Below are positions 1 to 12,024 of a DNA stretch of 64,000 nt, piece by piece. The stretch covers positions 24,190,438 to 24,254,437 of the forward strand of contig NC_069000.1 of NCBI RefSeq assembly GCF_001194135.2, written 5' to 3'. Every line of letters starts with the position of its first letter. The stretch's first letter is position 1. Origin of the DNA: Octopus bimaculoides. Lineage: Eukaryota. The translations under genes and the position numbers were made by a program. The notes under the pieces are model-generated. The model ran no database searches and had not been told where the DNA came from. It saw only the letters and a list, made by a program, of their open reading frames with translations.

Positions 1-1064
1 TCAACTTGTGTTATAATCACTTACAGTAGCAAAATTTCTTTTAAACTTCAAAATCACTCCAAGCTTTTTAAATGATTGCTTTGCTGTTTCCATATTTTGT
101 AATTCATGTGTAAATGATGCCAAGCCTGATGTGTAGATAAATACTGTTTGCTCTATTGTTGGTTTCATATTTCATTGTCCGAAGTCTTTCTGAATGAGAA
201 TTTCCTTGTAAGCAACATTCTTTGTGGAATGTTTGTCATTGTTTTGGTTTCTTCCTTTTTTCTCTTTTTCTTTTAAATTTTTTCAGTTGTGTTGTCTGTT
301 TTGTCCAATTTTCTAATTTACTTTTGTAAAGACCGATAAAATGATTACCAGATATATATACATAAAATAAGTACGGGGTCTATTTATTTGACTAAAATTC
401 TTCAAGGCTGTTCCCTAGCATGATATAAATAAAAGATGTGTGTGTGTGTGTGTGTGTGTGTGCATTTACACACATATATTTATGTATGTGTATTTAGAGA
501 GAGAGAGAGGGAGTGCAATGACGTTGATTATGAATATAAAGGAATCATTAGATACCCGTGAAACCTCATCTAAAGTGATTAAGACATTTTGCAAAGATTT
601 AGATGTGACAGTGTTGTCTTGTTTCTCATTCTGTATATCGCTGTATTTATGACGCAAGTAAAAAGATAAATTTCGATACTCGAATTTAAGTTCGGCTGAG
701 TTAAACGATGTAAAGCGTGAAGCAAGGGAGGTAATTCTCAATGTACAATCTTACTCGGACAGAGAGCTGAGATAATTGAAAAAAGGTACACAAATTGCAA
801 TGTTTGATTAAATTTAGTTGACTTTAAACTTGTCCAACACAACACTAAAAAAGAAGAATGATATAGATTGGTAAGGCAAACAATTTTCACTATTGTATTT
901 TTACAGGTGGTTATATTTGTCAGCTTGAGAACTGCTGTACTAAGTATTAGTTTAAAGATGACCGCTGTGGGTTTTTATGCACTTCATTGACGGATAGCTA
1001 CATTTGAATATCTTTAGTACCAGATAAGTACAAGTATTAAAAATTATTGTTGTGGAAAATGTAA

Positions 1065-1250
1065 CTAGCAAGCATGGCTGTGAAGTTAACAAATTCACTT
1101 GACAACCACATGGTTCCATGTACAATTTCACTACTCAACACCTTGGGCAGGTGTCTTCTATCATAACCTCAGAGTGACCAGCATTTTATGAGTTGAATTT
1201 CGGAGACTGAAACTTCTGTGCAATCCCTTTGTATGTTATATATGTGTATA
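1065..1250 (+). mobile_element. Degenerate tRNA-derived SINE (abundant octopus-type family A)
   Basis: catggctgtg...aaccacatggttcc...accttgggcaggtgtcttctatcataacc resembles the better copies at 33690 and 49300. Confidence 0.6.
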
Positions 1251-2210
1251 TCTATCTTCTGTTTACAACTGTGATGAGCATAAAAAGTGGTGAGGAAATT
1301 GAAAAGCCAGTATTCTCTGAATTAAATACTATGTGAAATGTTTTTCTGTACTATTATAGACATTAAACTTGTTATTCTTGCTCACAGAAACTCAGTGAAC
1401 CAGTGATTGACCTATTAGAAATACAAAATAAATAAGCTAAAGATAATATTAAACTATGCTAATGAATACTACTCACACTGCTAACCTTTGTTTTTTGCCC
1501 AAGAGGAAGCTGGCAAAGAACTTAGACTGTTGAAAAGATAATAATCTAAGAATAAAAAGATTCAAATGTGAGTAAATAACACTTATTTTATAAAGGAATT
1601 TTTTTTAAACAAACTTTAATTTTCTAAAACAATATCCATGTTTATCTTATAATGTTCAGCACAATAGGTATCATTTTCTGTAGTACACTAAAGACATTTA
1701 TGTGAAGATATATACATTATCATATGATCTATTTGCATTAATTAAAAAAAAAAAAAAGAATTACAAAAGTAGACACTAGGAAAATGGAGACAATATGAAA
1801 GAAAAGGTAACCTATAATAAATAACGAAAACAGAGTGAGGCACCCTCTCTCTGTTATACATCACCCCAGGAGACACTGGTATTCACATTATTGAGACAAC
1901 CTTTTCATCCAGTTATAGCTGCAGCAACCCCCTCTTTTTTTCCGCAGCATCAAGGACATGTGGTAGTGCAAATGAGGTGTTAACAGTGATGTCTCGCATA
2001 AAGAAGCATCTGCCTCTAATCCATGAGTAAAAAGTGAGTCTATAATGGAATTGAAGGCTTGTGATACCTGTGGAGTATCTCCGTCTCCCATTATAATTAT
2101 TTCTGTAGTTTTAAGGATCTGGAACACGAAGAAGAAGTTTACAAGTGGAGTGCAATTCAATAGTCATTTATTTTTAGTTTTTGTTCATGTGGCTCGCTCC
2201 CAGTGATTTA

Positions 2211-3105
2211 GAGGACTGTCACTGAACAATTGTTGATATGACTGGTGTGTCCTGGAGCTCCTGCCTAGGAATTTTGAGTGAAGAATTGTGAATGAAAAGA
2301 GTTGCAACAAAATTTGTGCCTCACTTGCTCATGGAAGATCAAAAACAGTCACAACTGAATGTGTGTCGTGAACTGAGGGAACTGTTGGAAGTTGATCTGG
2401 ACCTTTTTCTCAAAAGTCATCACAGGTTGCAAAAGCTGGTGCTATGGCTACAACCCAGAAATGAAGCAGCAATCAAGTCAATGGAAACATTCAATATCAC
2501 CATGCCCCCTAAAAGCCCGTCAAATGAAGTCCAATGCAAAGATGATGCTGAAATTGTTTCATTGAAGTGAAAGGAATTGTCCACACAGAATTTGCTCCTC
2601 CTGGTCAAACTGTTAACCAAACATTCTACTTGGCAGTTCTGAAGTGTTTGTGTGATGTGGTGAGATGAAAATGCCCCAACCTGTGGCAAAGGGGAGCGTG
2701 GTGGTTTCATCATGACAATGCTCCTGTGCACATTGCTTTGAGTGTGAGACAGTTTTTGACCCAAAATGACATCATCCTGCTTACCCACCCTTCCTATTCA
2801 TGCGAACTTGCTCCCTGCAACTTTTTTTTGTTTCCATGAATGAAAGAAGTCCTTGAAGGAAAACGTTTTGCAGATGTAGAAGAGGTGAAAAAAAAAACAG
2901 AAACAAAAAAAAAAAAGCAACAAAAGCATTAAAAGGCATCACTTCACAAGAGTTGCAGGACTGCTTTGAACAGTGGAAAATGCATCTGAACTGATGCATT
3001 GCTTCAAATGGAGAATACTTTGAAGGTAATAAAAGTGTAAACATGTAAAACTAAGTGAATAAAATAATATTGCAAAATTCCGGTTCCTTTTGGGTACCCC
3101 CTTGT
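2211..3105 (+). mobile_element. Mariner transposon, 5'-truncated, decayed
   Basis: KRVATKFVPHLL, HDNAPVH and HPSYSCELAPCNFFLF (YSPDLAP.D-like) motifs. Right TIR ccggttccttttgggtacccccttgt. Same family as 40452-41331. Confidence 0.9.
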
Positions 3106-3179
3106 TTGCACACACACACACACACACTCTCAAATATACACACACACACACTCACATATGCATACATACATGCATTTTT

Positions 3180-3480
3180 AATCTTTTACTTGTTTCGCCA
3201 TCAGTACTGCTTTGAAGAATTTTAGTCAAATGGATTGACCTCAATACATGTTTTAAAGCGTTGTACATATTCTATTCGTCCCTTTTACCAACTGCTAAGT
3301 TACAGGGACGTAAATCCACCAACACCAGATGTCAAGTAATGGTGGAACACACACACAAACATGCACACACACACACTTACAAATACACACACACACACTG
3401 GGCCTCTTCTGGTTTCCATCTACCAAATCCACTCACAAGGCCTTGGTCAGTCCGAGGCTATGGTAGAAGTTTCAAAATAT
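3180..3480 (-). mobile_element. SINE family A copy, degenerate
   Basis: Reverse complement of the family A tail (cttttacttgtttc...ttgaagaattttagtc) and body (tttccatctaccaaatccactcacaaggccttggtc). Confidence 0.7.
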
Positions 3481-4439
3481 ATGCAATCACAAAAATTCAT
3501 ATCCGTATGGGTAGTGTATGTTAGACGAGGCAACTGACAAGTGATATTTTATATGTGTATCTATATTGCTGGCCTTGTGACTCTCTTCAAACAACCTGGC
3601 TAAGGGAACATCATTAAGTGATAAAAAGTAAAACTGTGTTATGTTAAAAGGGTTTACAGGCAAATATTGGGTTGTCCGGAAAGTAATGGGTATAGAAGAT
3701 TCCTGATGTTCCTTCTGTCTCATTCTGCAATGACTAACTTCATTTCAAGTTTTGTACTATACATTATCATCTCTTGTATCTCACTGAAACATATGTCCTT
3801 TAGTTGTTTCAAATGAACAATTGTAACTTCATTCCCACCCTTGATAAAAAAACAAATTTGTTCTCCCCTCCCCTCTCTCCCTCTCCCAACCATGCTTCAG
3901 CAAGGTTAGGATTAGCCAGTATCAATTTGGATGCCATAACCATGCCAAGTTACATACTTTTAACCAAATGATAATATTCACAAGTAATCATTTACTTTCA
4001 GAAGTCTCAATCAGCTGCAGATCAAAACTGACAATGTAACTAATATCTGCTTTCAATACACTTTATAATGGACAAACCCACAAAAAAAACAAAAACATAT
4101 CAATGTTAACATATCAATCACATATTTATTGTTTGCATATTCACATCATACAATATTCATAGTAATTACGTATTTTGCTAGTATGTGTTGTATCCTCATA
4201 TGTGATAGACCACAAGTGATTACTTTATCTTTAACTTGTATCTCTCTCCTAGATAGAATAGACTTCAACATAAAGCATGGGTTTGGTTGCTGTTTTGAAA
4301 TAGTAGCTGCTGTACTTCTAAAGTAAACAGAATCACATGGCAGAATGGAATACTGGGCTGGTAAGATGTGGAAAAAAAAAGAGAAAACCCTTCAGCATCT
4401 GAATTCCAGGCCAGTGGGTTCAAACTGAAAGCATACTGG

Positions 4440-4730
4440 TGACAGGAAAATAAAACGAAGAGCATAAAACAAAGAAAAAAATCTTGAAGAGATTCTGCAT
4501 AGGCTATCTGACTGTGGTCTGAAGTTGAAAAAAGAGAAAACCCTTCAGCATCTGAANNNNNNNNNNNNNNNNNNNNNNNNNNNNNNNNNNNNNNNNNNNN
4601 NNNNNNNNNNNNNNNNNNNNNNNNNNNNNNNNNNNNNNNNNNNNNNNNNNNNNNNNGGTTCTGCATAGGTTTTCTGACTGTGGTCTGAAGTTGGAAAAAG
4701 AGAAAAGCAAGTTTATGACTCCAGGGTTGT
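4440..4730 (+). mobile_element. Ty3/Gypsy RT fragment, locally duplicated around an N gap
   Basis: NLEEILHRLSDCGLKLKKEK matches the Gypsy RT region L..VL.RL...GL.L..EKC. The segment recurs at 4493-4540 and 4659-4706. Confidence 0.6.
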
Positions 4731-5439
4731 GCCTTCAGTCTATGATTATTATATTGGTAACATAGTGAAGCATTTACCTCATGAATACATCGGAATCAAT
4801 TCTGCCTGAGCTGCTAAAAATGAATACTCTTGACAGACATTCTTGCCCTAAATACCATCAGTTTGCAGGTTCATTCAGTCATGGAGTATTTCCCAGTGTG
4901 TTGTGGAAAAATATTGAATCCTGACCCTCAGCTAGATGAGCGTGTAAATAATTGTAGTAAACAGAATACTGCATTGGTGAGATATAAGCTAAGTCTTCAA
5001 TAATTGACTTCTAGGTCAGCAGGTTCACACTTTTTATATCATATTTAAAAGTCTACCCAATTCATCATTTCCAATATCTAATGTCTAACTAAAAACTTCT
5101 CATGTGTTTGTGCTGCGTACAACTTTGAAAAATTAATATCAAAACGTCTCCCAGACTAAAATTTTAATTCTGTTATTCTGGTTCTGGTCGAGATTGAAAT
5201 AAAACAAAATGATAAAGATCACTACCTATTCTTATCAGCTTGAAAAAATATAAATATTTCTTATGTACATCTGAAATCTCAGAGCACAAGAGACAGGGCT
5301 TTGCAATGTTTCAGTGTTTCCAAATTGCATTGAATTGATTATGTATTTTGAAAATGTTGGTTCCAAATTTAAACTTTGAGTACTCAACTGTGTATTGTTT
5401 GCCTTCGAATTGATGATATACTAGTGACAAATATGTATA

Positions 5440-5700
5440 ATGAAAACAAAAACCTTGAAGAGATACTGCATGTGTTGCTAAACTGTGGTTCTTAAGTTAA
5501 AGAAGAAGGAAGAAAGCCCAGCCTTATGGTTCTAGAGGTAGTCTACTTGGGTTTCAAAATAACAAGCGAGGATGATATGTTTCCAGCACCTGATAAATTG
5601 TCAAAGGCCTTTAGCTAGAAAATATCAACCAGATTGAACCAATCTTGGAGATGCTGAACTACCTTCACTAGTAACTAACAAATTTACCAATTAAGAACTT
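5440..5700 (+). mobile_element. Ty3/Gypsy RT fragment
   Basis: Decayed NLEEILHVLLNCG...EVVYLGFKIT...ILEMLNY. Confidence 0.55.
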
Positions 5701-5799
5701 ATACATAGATTGTCAAAAAAGCATGTGCCATGAAGATGGAGGTTAGACCAAAAGATTTTTTATTTTAAATCCCACTACTGCACCAGAACAACCTAGTTA

Positions 5800-6185
5800 A
5801 CCTGAATTATTTACATTAGACGGATATTTGTCCTCATCTTGTTTGTTGTTAACACAACGTTTCGACTGATATACCCTCCAGCCTAAAACAGGTGTCTTGG
5901 GGGAAATTTCGAACCTGGGTTCACATTCCTAAGGTATTTTATAATGTTATTATTATTATTATTATTATTATAACATCGTAAAATACCTTAAGAATGTGAA
6001 CCCAGGTTCGAAATTCCCCTAAGACACCTGATGAAAGCTGGAGAGTATATCAGCCGAAATATTGTGTTAACAACAACTGCTTGGAATCGAACTCGGAATC
6101 TTGGGCTTAGTAACTCGCGCTCTTAACCACAACGCCATAAATAATGTAAATAACGTACATAATTCCTCATCTCTTAAATATAGTG
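5800..6185. mobile_element. Penelope terminal-repeat (pLTR) fold-back without ORF
   Basis: 5845-5945 is the reverse complement of 5970-6075 around an (ATT)n centre. Same sequence as the pLTRs at 6960-7110 and 7712-7800. Confidence 0.8.
6023..6068 (+). ncRNA. Minimal (PLE-type) hammerhead ribozyme motif
   Basis: GACAC CUGAUGA A AGCUG [GAGAGUAUAU] CAGCC GAAAU AUU GUGUU. Core CUGAUGA/GAAA, stem II, a 2-bp palindromic stem III, and stem I GACAC/GUGUU. There is one A-C mismatch at the base of stem II. Confidence 0.7.
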
Positions 6186-7036
6186 CTGTATCTTTGTACA
6201 CGAAAAACTGAGAAATTAGTTTCAACACGAGTTATCTCCCTTAGATAGTTTCAACATTGTTTTTGCTGACCAAGGTCATTTTGAAATATCGAATGAAGGC
6301 TAAGTGAGAGTTATGTCCAGTAAAAAATGTTTTTTGTTTATTTGGTTTAGCTATTGTTTAGGCACGAGAAAATAATTACCACATACCTGGATATAATTTA
6401 AATATAAAATAAATCTAATTCTATTTCTCGTTCTACAATCCATGTTTCATTGATGATTAAAATAATTACTTCATCTGCACCTGTAACCGTTCCTTTTTGG
6501 CTCCTCTTTAGCTGAAAATAACTTGTTTCATAATGAGAGGAAAATCTACATTTAGATTGAGGGGAATAGGCTCTCGGTTTCTAATTATTTGTTTGTTAAA
6601 CGAAATTAATAAAAGAATTCTGTGAATATCTGAGATGGTCTCTTTTATTGCTTTTGGAGATTTTGATCAAAATTCTTGACTTGTTTTATTTGCCTTTTAA
6701 ATTTTTAAGAATATCCTTTATATTTTTCATAGTTAGAAACTATATGATGATATTTCATTTTTCTTTCCAATGATTGGGTCATTTTTTTCATGGTTATTCT
6801 AATTCTTCGTTCCCCCATGCCTTATCATAGTTATCATCACCATTGTAATTGTTTTTATCTAGATTGAAATAGGAACTTTTTCATTTATAGAGTTAAGAAT
6901 TTTGTCAATAAATATTTATAGACATATTTCCAGTTTTTCAGCTGACTGGATTTCACAGTTTTATATTTAAGAGATGAGGAATTATTTACATTATTTACAT
7001 TTGACGGATATTTGTCCTCATCTTGTTTGTTGTTGT

Positions 7037-7084
7037 TCACAGAACGTTTCGGCTGATATACCCCTCCAGCCTTCGTCAGGTGTC
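7037..7084 (-). ncRNA. Minimal hammerhead ribozyme motif (second copy)
   Basis: Minus strand reads GACAC CUGACGA A GGCUG [GAGGGGUAUAU] CAGCC GAAAC GUU CUGUG. Core and stem II are intact; the stem I 3' strand is imperfect. Confidence 0.7.
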
Positions 7085-7110
7085 TTGGGGAAATTTCGAA
7101 CCTGGGTTCT

Positions 7111-7181
7111 CATTCTTAACGAATCGAACTCGGAATCTTGGGGTTAGTAGCCCGCGCTCTTGACCACTACGCCATATGCCC
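7111..7181 (-). promoter_or_regulatory. tRNA-like Pol III internal promoter (A box/B box), not a functional tRNA
   Basis: GGGCATATGGCGTAGTGGTCAAGAGCGCGGGCTACTAACCCCAAGATTCCGAGTTCGATTC has A box TGGCGTAGTGG and B box GAGTTCGATTC. The T-stem and acceptor 3' strands are missing. A second copy lies at 6078-6139 (-). Confidence 0.65.
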
Positions 7182-9876
7182 GTGGGCAATTATGGAGTGA
7201 ATTTTAGGGCTTATAAATCTATTATTTTTCTATCCTTCCTCAATACCGGTTCCCATATGCTATTCATATNNNNNNNNNNNNNNNNNNNNNNNNNNNNNNN
7301 NNNNNNNNNNNNNNNNNNNNNNNNNNNNNNNNNNNNNNNNNNNNNNNNNNNNNNNNNNNNNNNNNNNNNNNNNNNNNNNNNNNNNNNNNNNNNNNNNNNN
7401 NNNNNNNNNNNGGGGGAGGTGGTCTCCATTTTGCTATACATGATCAGCTATACCCGATTTATCAATATCTCCTCGTGTCACAGCTTTGCGATGTTCTTCT
7501 ACCCTTATTTTGAGGGGGTGACATGTTTCGCCTTTGTATAACCTACCACAGCTGCATGGGATGGAGTACACACAGTTTTTGGTCATATTCTCTTCTGTTG
7601 GTGGTTTTACCCGAAGGAGATATTTGCGAAGTGTTGTATTGCTCTTGAATACTGCCCTGATGTCATATGGGCCGCATATCTTTTGTATCTTTTCGGAGAG
7701 GCCTTTCACATAGGGTATATCAGCCGAAACGTTGTGTTAACAACAAACAAGATGAGGACAAATATCCGTCAAATGTAAATAATGTAAATGACTGGATTTT
7801 GTTAAGGTTGTTACAAGGTGATAGCTGTACTTCTAAATATTTAGTACATTCTGTCCAGCTTGTCATGTAAAATGGCTATTTATTTATTTTCTTCTGTGAT
7901 TAATTTGAGTGACTGTTATTGGTGTTGTTTCTTTTTAAATGAACTATAAAGGTACTGGTACATGATCCGATCTTAGATGTGTATTATTGTCTAATTTCCT
8001 GTTCAGTATTTAAAGCAAAGCTGATTAGGAAAACCACAAATAATTTATTGCTGATGGACTATAATTAAAATGCCTATAAAGTGGAAAGTTTGGTACTGTA
8101 TATAAAATAAAGTTATATTTATTCATAGTCTTCAGGAACTATTCTCCATCTCTTATGCTGCTTTATTTCTAAGGTTGGTGTTCCAAAAAGGATAGTATAA
8201 ATTAAAATTACCCGAAATTGGAATCTTGTTTTTGGTATTTGATTTTTCTAAGAAATTAAAAAATTTCCATTATTGTCTTTGTTTCTGGGAATGCTAGATT
8301 TTTTATTGTACATATATACAATATCTGTGGGATTATTACTCAACTTAAATAATGTCTTGTTTAGAATGAAGTCCAACCTAATCACCTTTTGACATCTTGT
8401 GCTATGATAATATTTATTAGAGAAAAAAAAATGAAAATTCTGTAAATTCTCTTTTGTGATGACTCAAGTCTTTTAGTGAAATTTCTCAAAAAGAAAAAAA
8501 TGTCAATAGTTGAGCCATAAAGATATAAATATAATTCCAATACTTCATGTTCTTTAAAATATAGATATTTTATCCATAGATACATCAGATGATTAACTGT
8601 GAGTAAGCTGAGATGATTTTTTTCCTCACACCAATGTGGCCATTTCTTTTCATCAATTGCTGAGGCCCACTTCACGAGGTGGCAGCATTGTTTCAGCAAT
8701 TACATATAACCACATTGGTTAGTTGTACTTCCATTAATAGCCATAAAACACCTTTTCCTGTTGTGTTTGTTATTGGAAATGGTATTTTGAAACAATGTAC
8801 TTCAGTTGCTATATCTGTTGCATTTAATAATCCATTTGCAGACATTAGAAGTGTGGGTGCCTGTGGCTCATTCACACTGCCCCCCCTTTTTTTTTGTATT
8901 TACAATCATAATATCCAGCACTTTAGTTTCATTTCTCTCAAATTTTACTTTCACGTTTCATACAGCCTAGAACTGATATGCTTGTCTACTCTTCAATCCG
9001 AAGCCATTGCAGTATGTTTGTTTTTTTTTATTTCTATAGACTACTCCCACCACCAAAACGTATTTATTTGCGAAAAAAGAAAAGTATAATTTAGATAAAA
9101 GAAAATTATATTTGTAAAAAAACAGAAAACTTAAAGTGAATCGTGGTATCAGTTGTTCACACAGGGTTGGTGGTAGATAAACAGTAAATTTTTTGTGAAC
9201 TGGGCTTTAGACAGATTGTCTAATGCGTTCCCATTTTCTTTTTAAATGGTTGGGGTGTGATTTGAAGGAGATTTGACTTCTAATTCTCTAGCAGTGACAG
9301 TGTAATGGCTAATTACATTATCTCTTTTATTATAATACTCAACAGAAACACTTTCTTTCTAGCAGAAAGAAAGAAAGAAAAAAAACTTTCATTATCCAAT
9401 TAATATTTTTAAAGACGTAGAAGCCACAATCAACCCTTTGATCAAAGCTATTCCAGCCATGACTATTCCATTTTTATTTATTTAATTAGGATTACATTGT
9501 CCAATGCGTTCCTACTTTTTTTTTGAATGGTGGGTTGCGATTTGAAGGAGATTTCTATCAAAACTAATTCTATCAATTGTTATCTCTTTTATTATCATAC
9601 TCGATATAAATATGAAGTCTCTCTTTCTAGCAAAAGCTCAATACTAACAAGTGTTCAGTCGGCTCACATATATCAGAAATTAATATTCAAGTGGTTGAAC
9701 TTGTCAAAATAACGTTTGATGTAAATCAGTACGAAACCTAACTGCAGTCGTGCGATGGGCATACAAGGAAGATAACTTTACATAATTAGTCTTATTGAAA
9801 TTGCATAGCTTGATAAATTATACAGAGTCATGTCCCTTGCAATTTTTTTTTTGTCACAAAATAGAATTTCATAGAG

Positions 9877-10440
9877 CAGTGGTTCTCAAACTTTTTAGAG
9901 ACGCGACCCACTATTTATGACACCAGTTTATGGTGACCCATTTAACTCTACTGGGTAAAAACATTAATGAAAGAAACAAATTTATTTCAGATTACATTTT
10001 TATTGAGGCCTGTGAGAAGGATGAGCCTGTTTCTTGCTATGCTCAATAATAGAATTAACATCAGGTTCAATGCGTGATAGTGTCAGCCGTAAAGAATGTG
10101 AGAGCTGCAGTTTATTTCGAAATTTGCTTTTAATCCCAACCATTGCTGAAAATCCAGCTTCACAATTATAAGATGACGCGAAAGGGAGAAGTATTTTTAA
10201 TGCTTAGGTGGAAATGATTGGGTACAGGTTTTGAAAAGACGCCCAGAACTGTACCAATTTTCGGGTGTTAGAGGTCATTTTCAAGGAAGAGTTTTCGGAT
10301 AAATCGATAAGTTCCTCATCAGATTTTGTTGATATTCCAGTCGTCACGTCAGGTTGAAATGCGTAATTTTATAACTTTTTGCGACATGCTAGGCTTCCGT
10401 TTGCGACCCATCAGTGGGTTGCGACTCATAGTTTGGGAAT
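9877..10440 (-). mobile_element. hAT (Charlie-type) transposon remnant
   Basis: TIR cagtggttctcaaacttt at 9877. The minus strand encodes FWASFQNLYPIIST*ALKILLPFASSYNCEAGFSAMVGIKSKFRNKL...KKQAHPSH, the hAT C-terminal dimerisation domain. Confidence 0.9.
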
Positions 10441-11894
10441 ATATATATTTTATACATTGAACATAAATAGAAAAGACCATTTCTAACCAGGAAGCAACTC
10501 TTCTGGTACTATTTATGTTGCAAACAGCTGAAGCAAATATTGAAGGTTTGGTTAATTTTGTGTACTTGTGGTACTGGTAATCTGGGAAACAAAAGATATA
10601 AAATGCTATGGTTGTGTAGCTCCAGGTCAGCTTTGATCATGCTGATGTAGAATCACAGGTATTTCTACTGTGGCCATCCTTCTGAAGTTGAAACATTAAA
10701 TCCAATTATTCAATTGATCATCGAGGAAACATTGCACCTCACTCTCTCATGAATGTTCTAAATGCTAGGCCTCACTGTGAATGAGAATCTCTCATGGTAA
10801 ACATACATCTTTAACATAAATTAGACTACCTTTCTAAGACCTTCCCTTCTTTCCAGAGCCAGAAAATACTTCATCTCCTACAATAAATGACCATCTGCTA
10901 TGCTGGGGCAGTGCTGTTGCACCACCAACATGCTAGAGAGTCTCTAGACAAAGGTCACTCAATTGATTGGCATAAAATTACTCACATACATGTTCCAATG
11001 CAATGTTCTCTTGAAAGTGTGCCCTGGTGCACACACCTATTTTACTACCTGGAAAGGAAAAAAGATATGCAGAAATTCTCTCCTGGTACATGTCTTTCCT
11101 GCAGTTATTGATTTGTAACAGTTTGAAAACTTTAATGGCATCAGCCATAGTCTTCAAGGGTCTGCGAAGTCCAAAGTGACTGACTCTTCTTGCAGACCAA
11201 GCAGAAAAAGAACCCTTTCTCCCAACAAACTCTATTTTCTAAGGCTATCTTATTCAGCATATTCTTTCTCCATTTAAAATTGTAGAGCATAACATTGGAG
11301 ATTTGGCTGCTTTATCTTGTCTGTTGAACAACCAGACAGAGCTTTTGTTGTTGACATGAGATATAAATATGAGGATAGTTACTCAGCAGATATAAAAACA
11401 ACTTCTGAGAAACTTGCTGCATCTATGCCCAAACTATAGGTTAACATTTGTACTGATGAGAATTACAAGTAACCGAGAAGAGTCAGCAAGGGAACACCTA
11501 CATTGTTGGTTGAATTGACCAACTAGAAATAACAACTAATCTGATCCCATCTACCCATCTTCAAAAAGGAAGACACATTGAAAATGTACTCTAAGATACA
11601 TTATGTCTGGAAAAAGGTAGGATAGTCACAACTTGAACATCTTACTAGAGCCTACGGGTGAGTTAAACAAGGAAAAAACAACGAAATCTACAATAACAAC
11701 TCTTAGCTGGGTCAATATAACTTTGTAGGAGAGTTGTATAATCAGTTGAATTTAGAAGGGCCTATGGGACCTCCTGAATGGCATGCGTAGTTCAAAATTA
11801 CTGCTTGTCTCATGCAGCCCACTTCTTAGAAAGGGTTGCTCAGGCCTGCTCAGCTGTCATAATACAAGAAAAGACATCTTGAACAACATAGCGC

Positions 11895-11956
11895 TACATA
11901 CATACATACATACATACATACATACATACATACATACATACATACATACACACACT

Positions 11957-12021
<65 letters not shown>
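11895..12021. repeat. Compound microsatellite (CATA)n-(CA)n
   Basis: Directly visible; one of many such arrays in the window. Confidence 0.95.

Positions 12022-12024
<3 letters not shown>

Larger units (their letters stand above)
6920..7800 (-). mobile_element. Penelope-like element: GIY-YIG endonuclease remnant, 3' pLTR and inverted 5' pLTR fragment
   Basis: ORF 7434-7709 gives KNCVYSIPCSCGRLYKGETCHPLKIRVEEHRKAV...SGIADHV (PLE GIY-YIG). ORF end ...WEPVLRKDRKIIDL* lies at 7211-7269. pLTR at 6960-7110 (-) and an inverted partial pLTR at 7712-7800 (+). Confidence 0.9.

Noticed and set aside
907-950. Possible plus-strand terminal exon tttttacag|GT GGT TAT ATT TGT CAG...(GGYICQLENCCTKY*)
   Set aside because: The acceptor is plausible, but it is 14 codons with no partner exon in the window and no recognisable domain.
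4375-4706. About 153-bp tandem duplication as a novel satellite
   Set aside because: It straddles a 100-N gap and duplicates Gypsy RT sequence. It is most simply a scaffold overlap or collapsed repeat.
7111-7181. tRNA gene (anticodon-like loop CTACTAA)
   Set aside because: The T-stem and acceptor-stem 3' strands do not pair, so it cannot form a cloverleaf. Kept only as a SINE-like promoter head.
8382-8875. Minus-strand ORFs as a host exon or endonuclease fragment
   Set aside because: No convincing motif, no splice-phase link to the VWD gene, and stops in all frames.
9215-9640. About 140-bp direct repeat pair
   Set aside because: It resembles pieces of a dispersed repeat (gatttgaaggagattt...tttctagca) also seen near 41440 and 62950. 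These are ordinary decayed SINE-like fragments.
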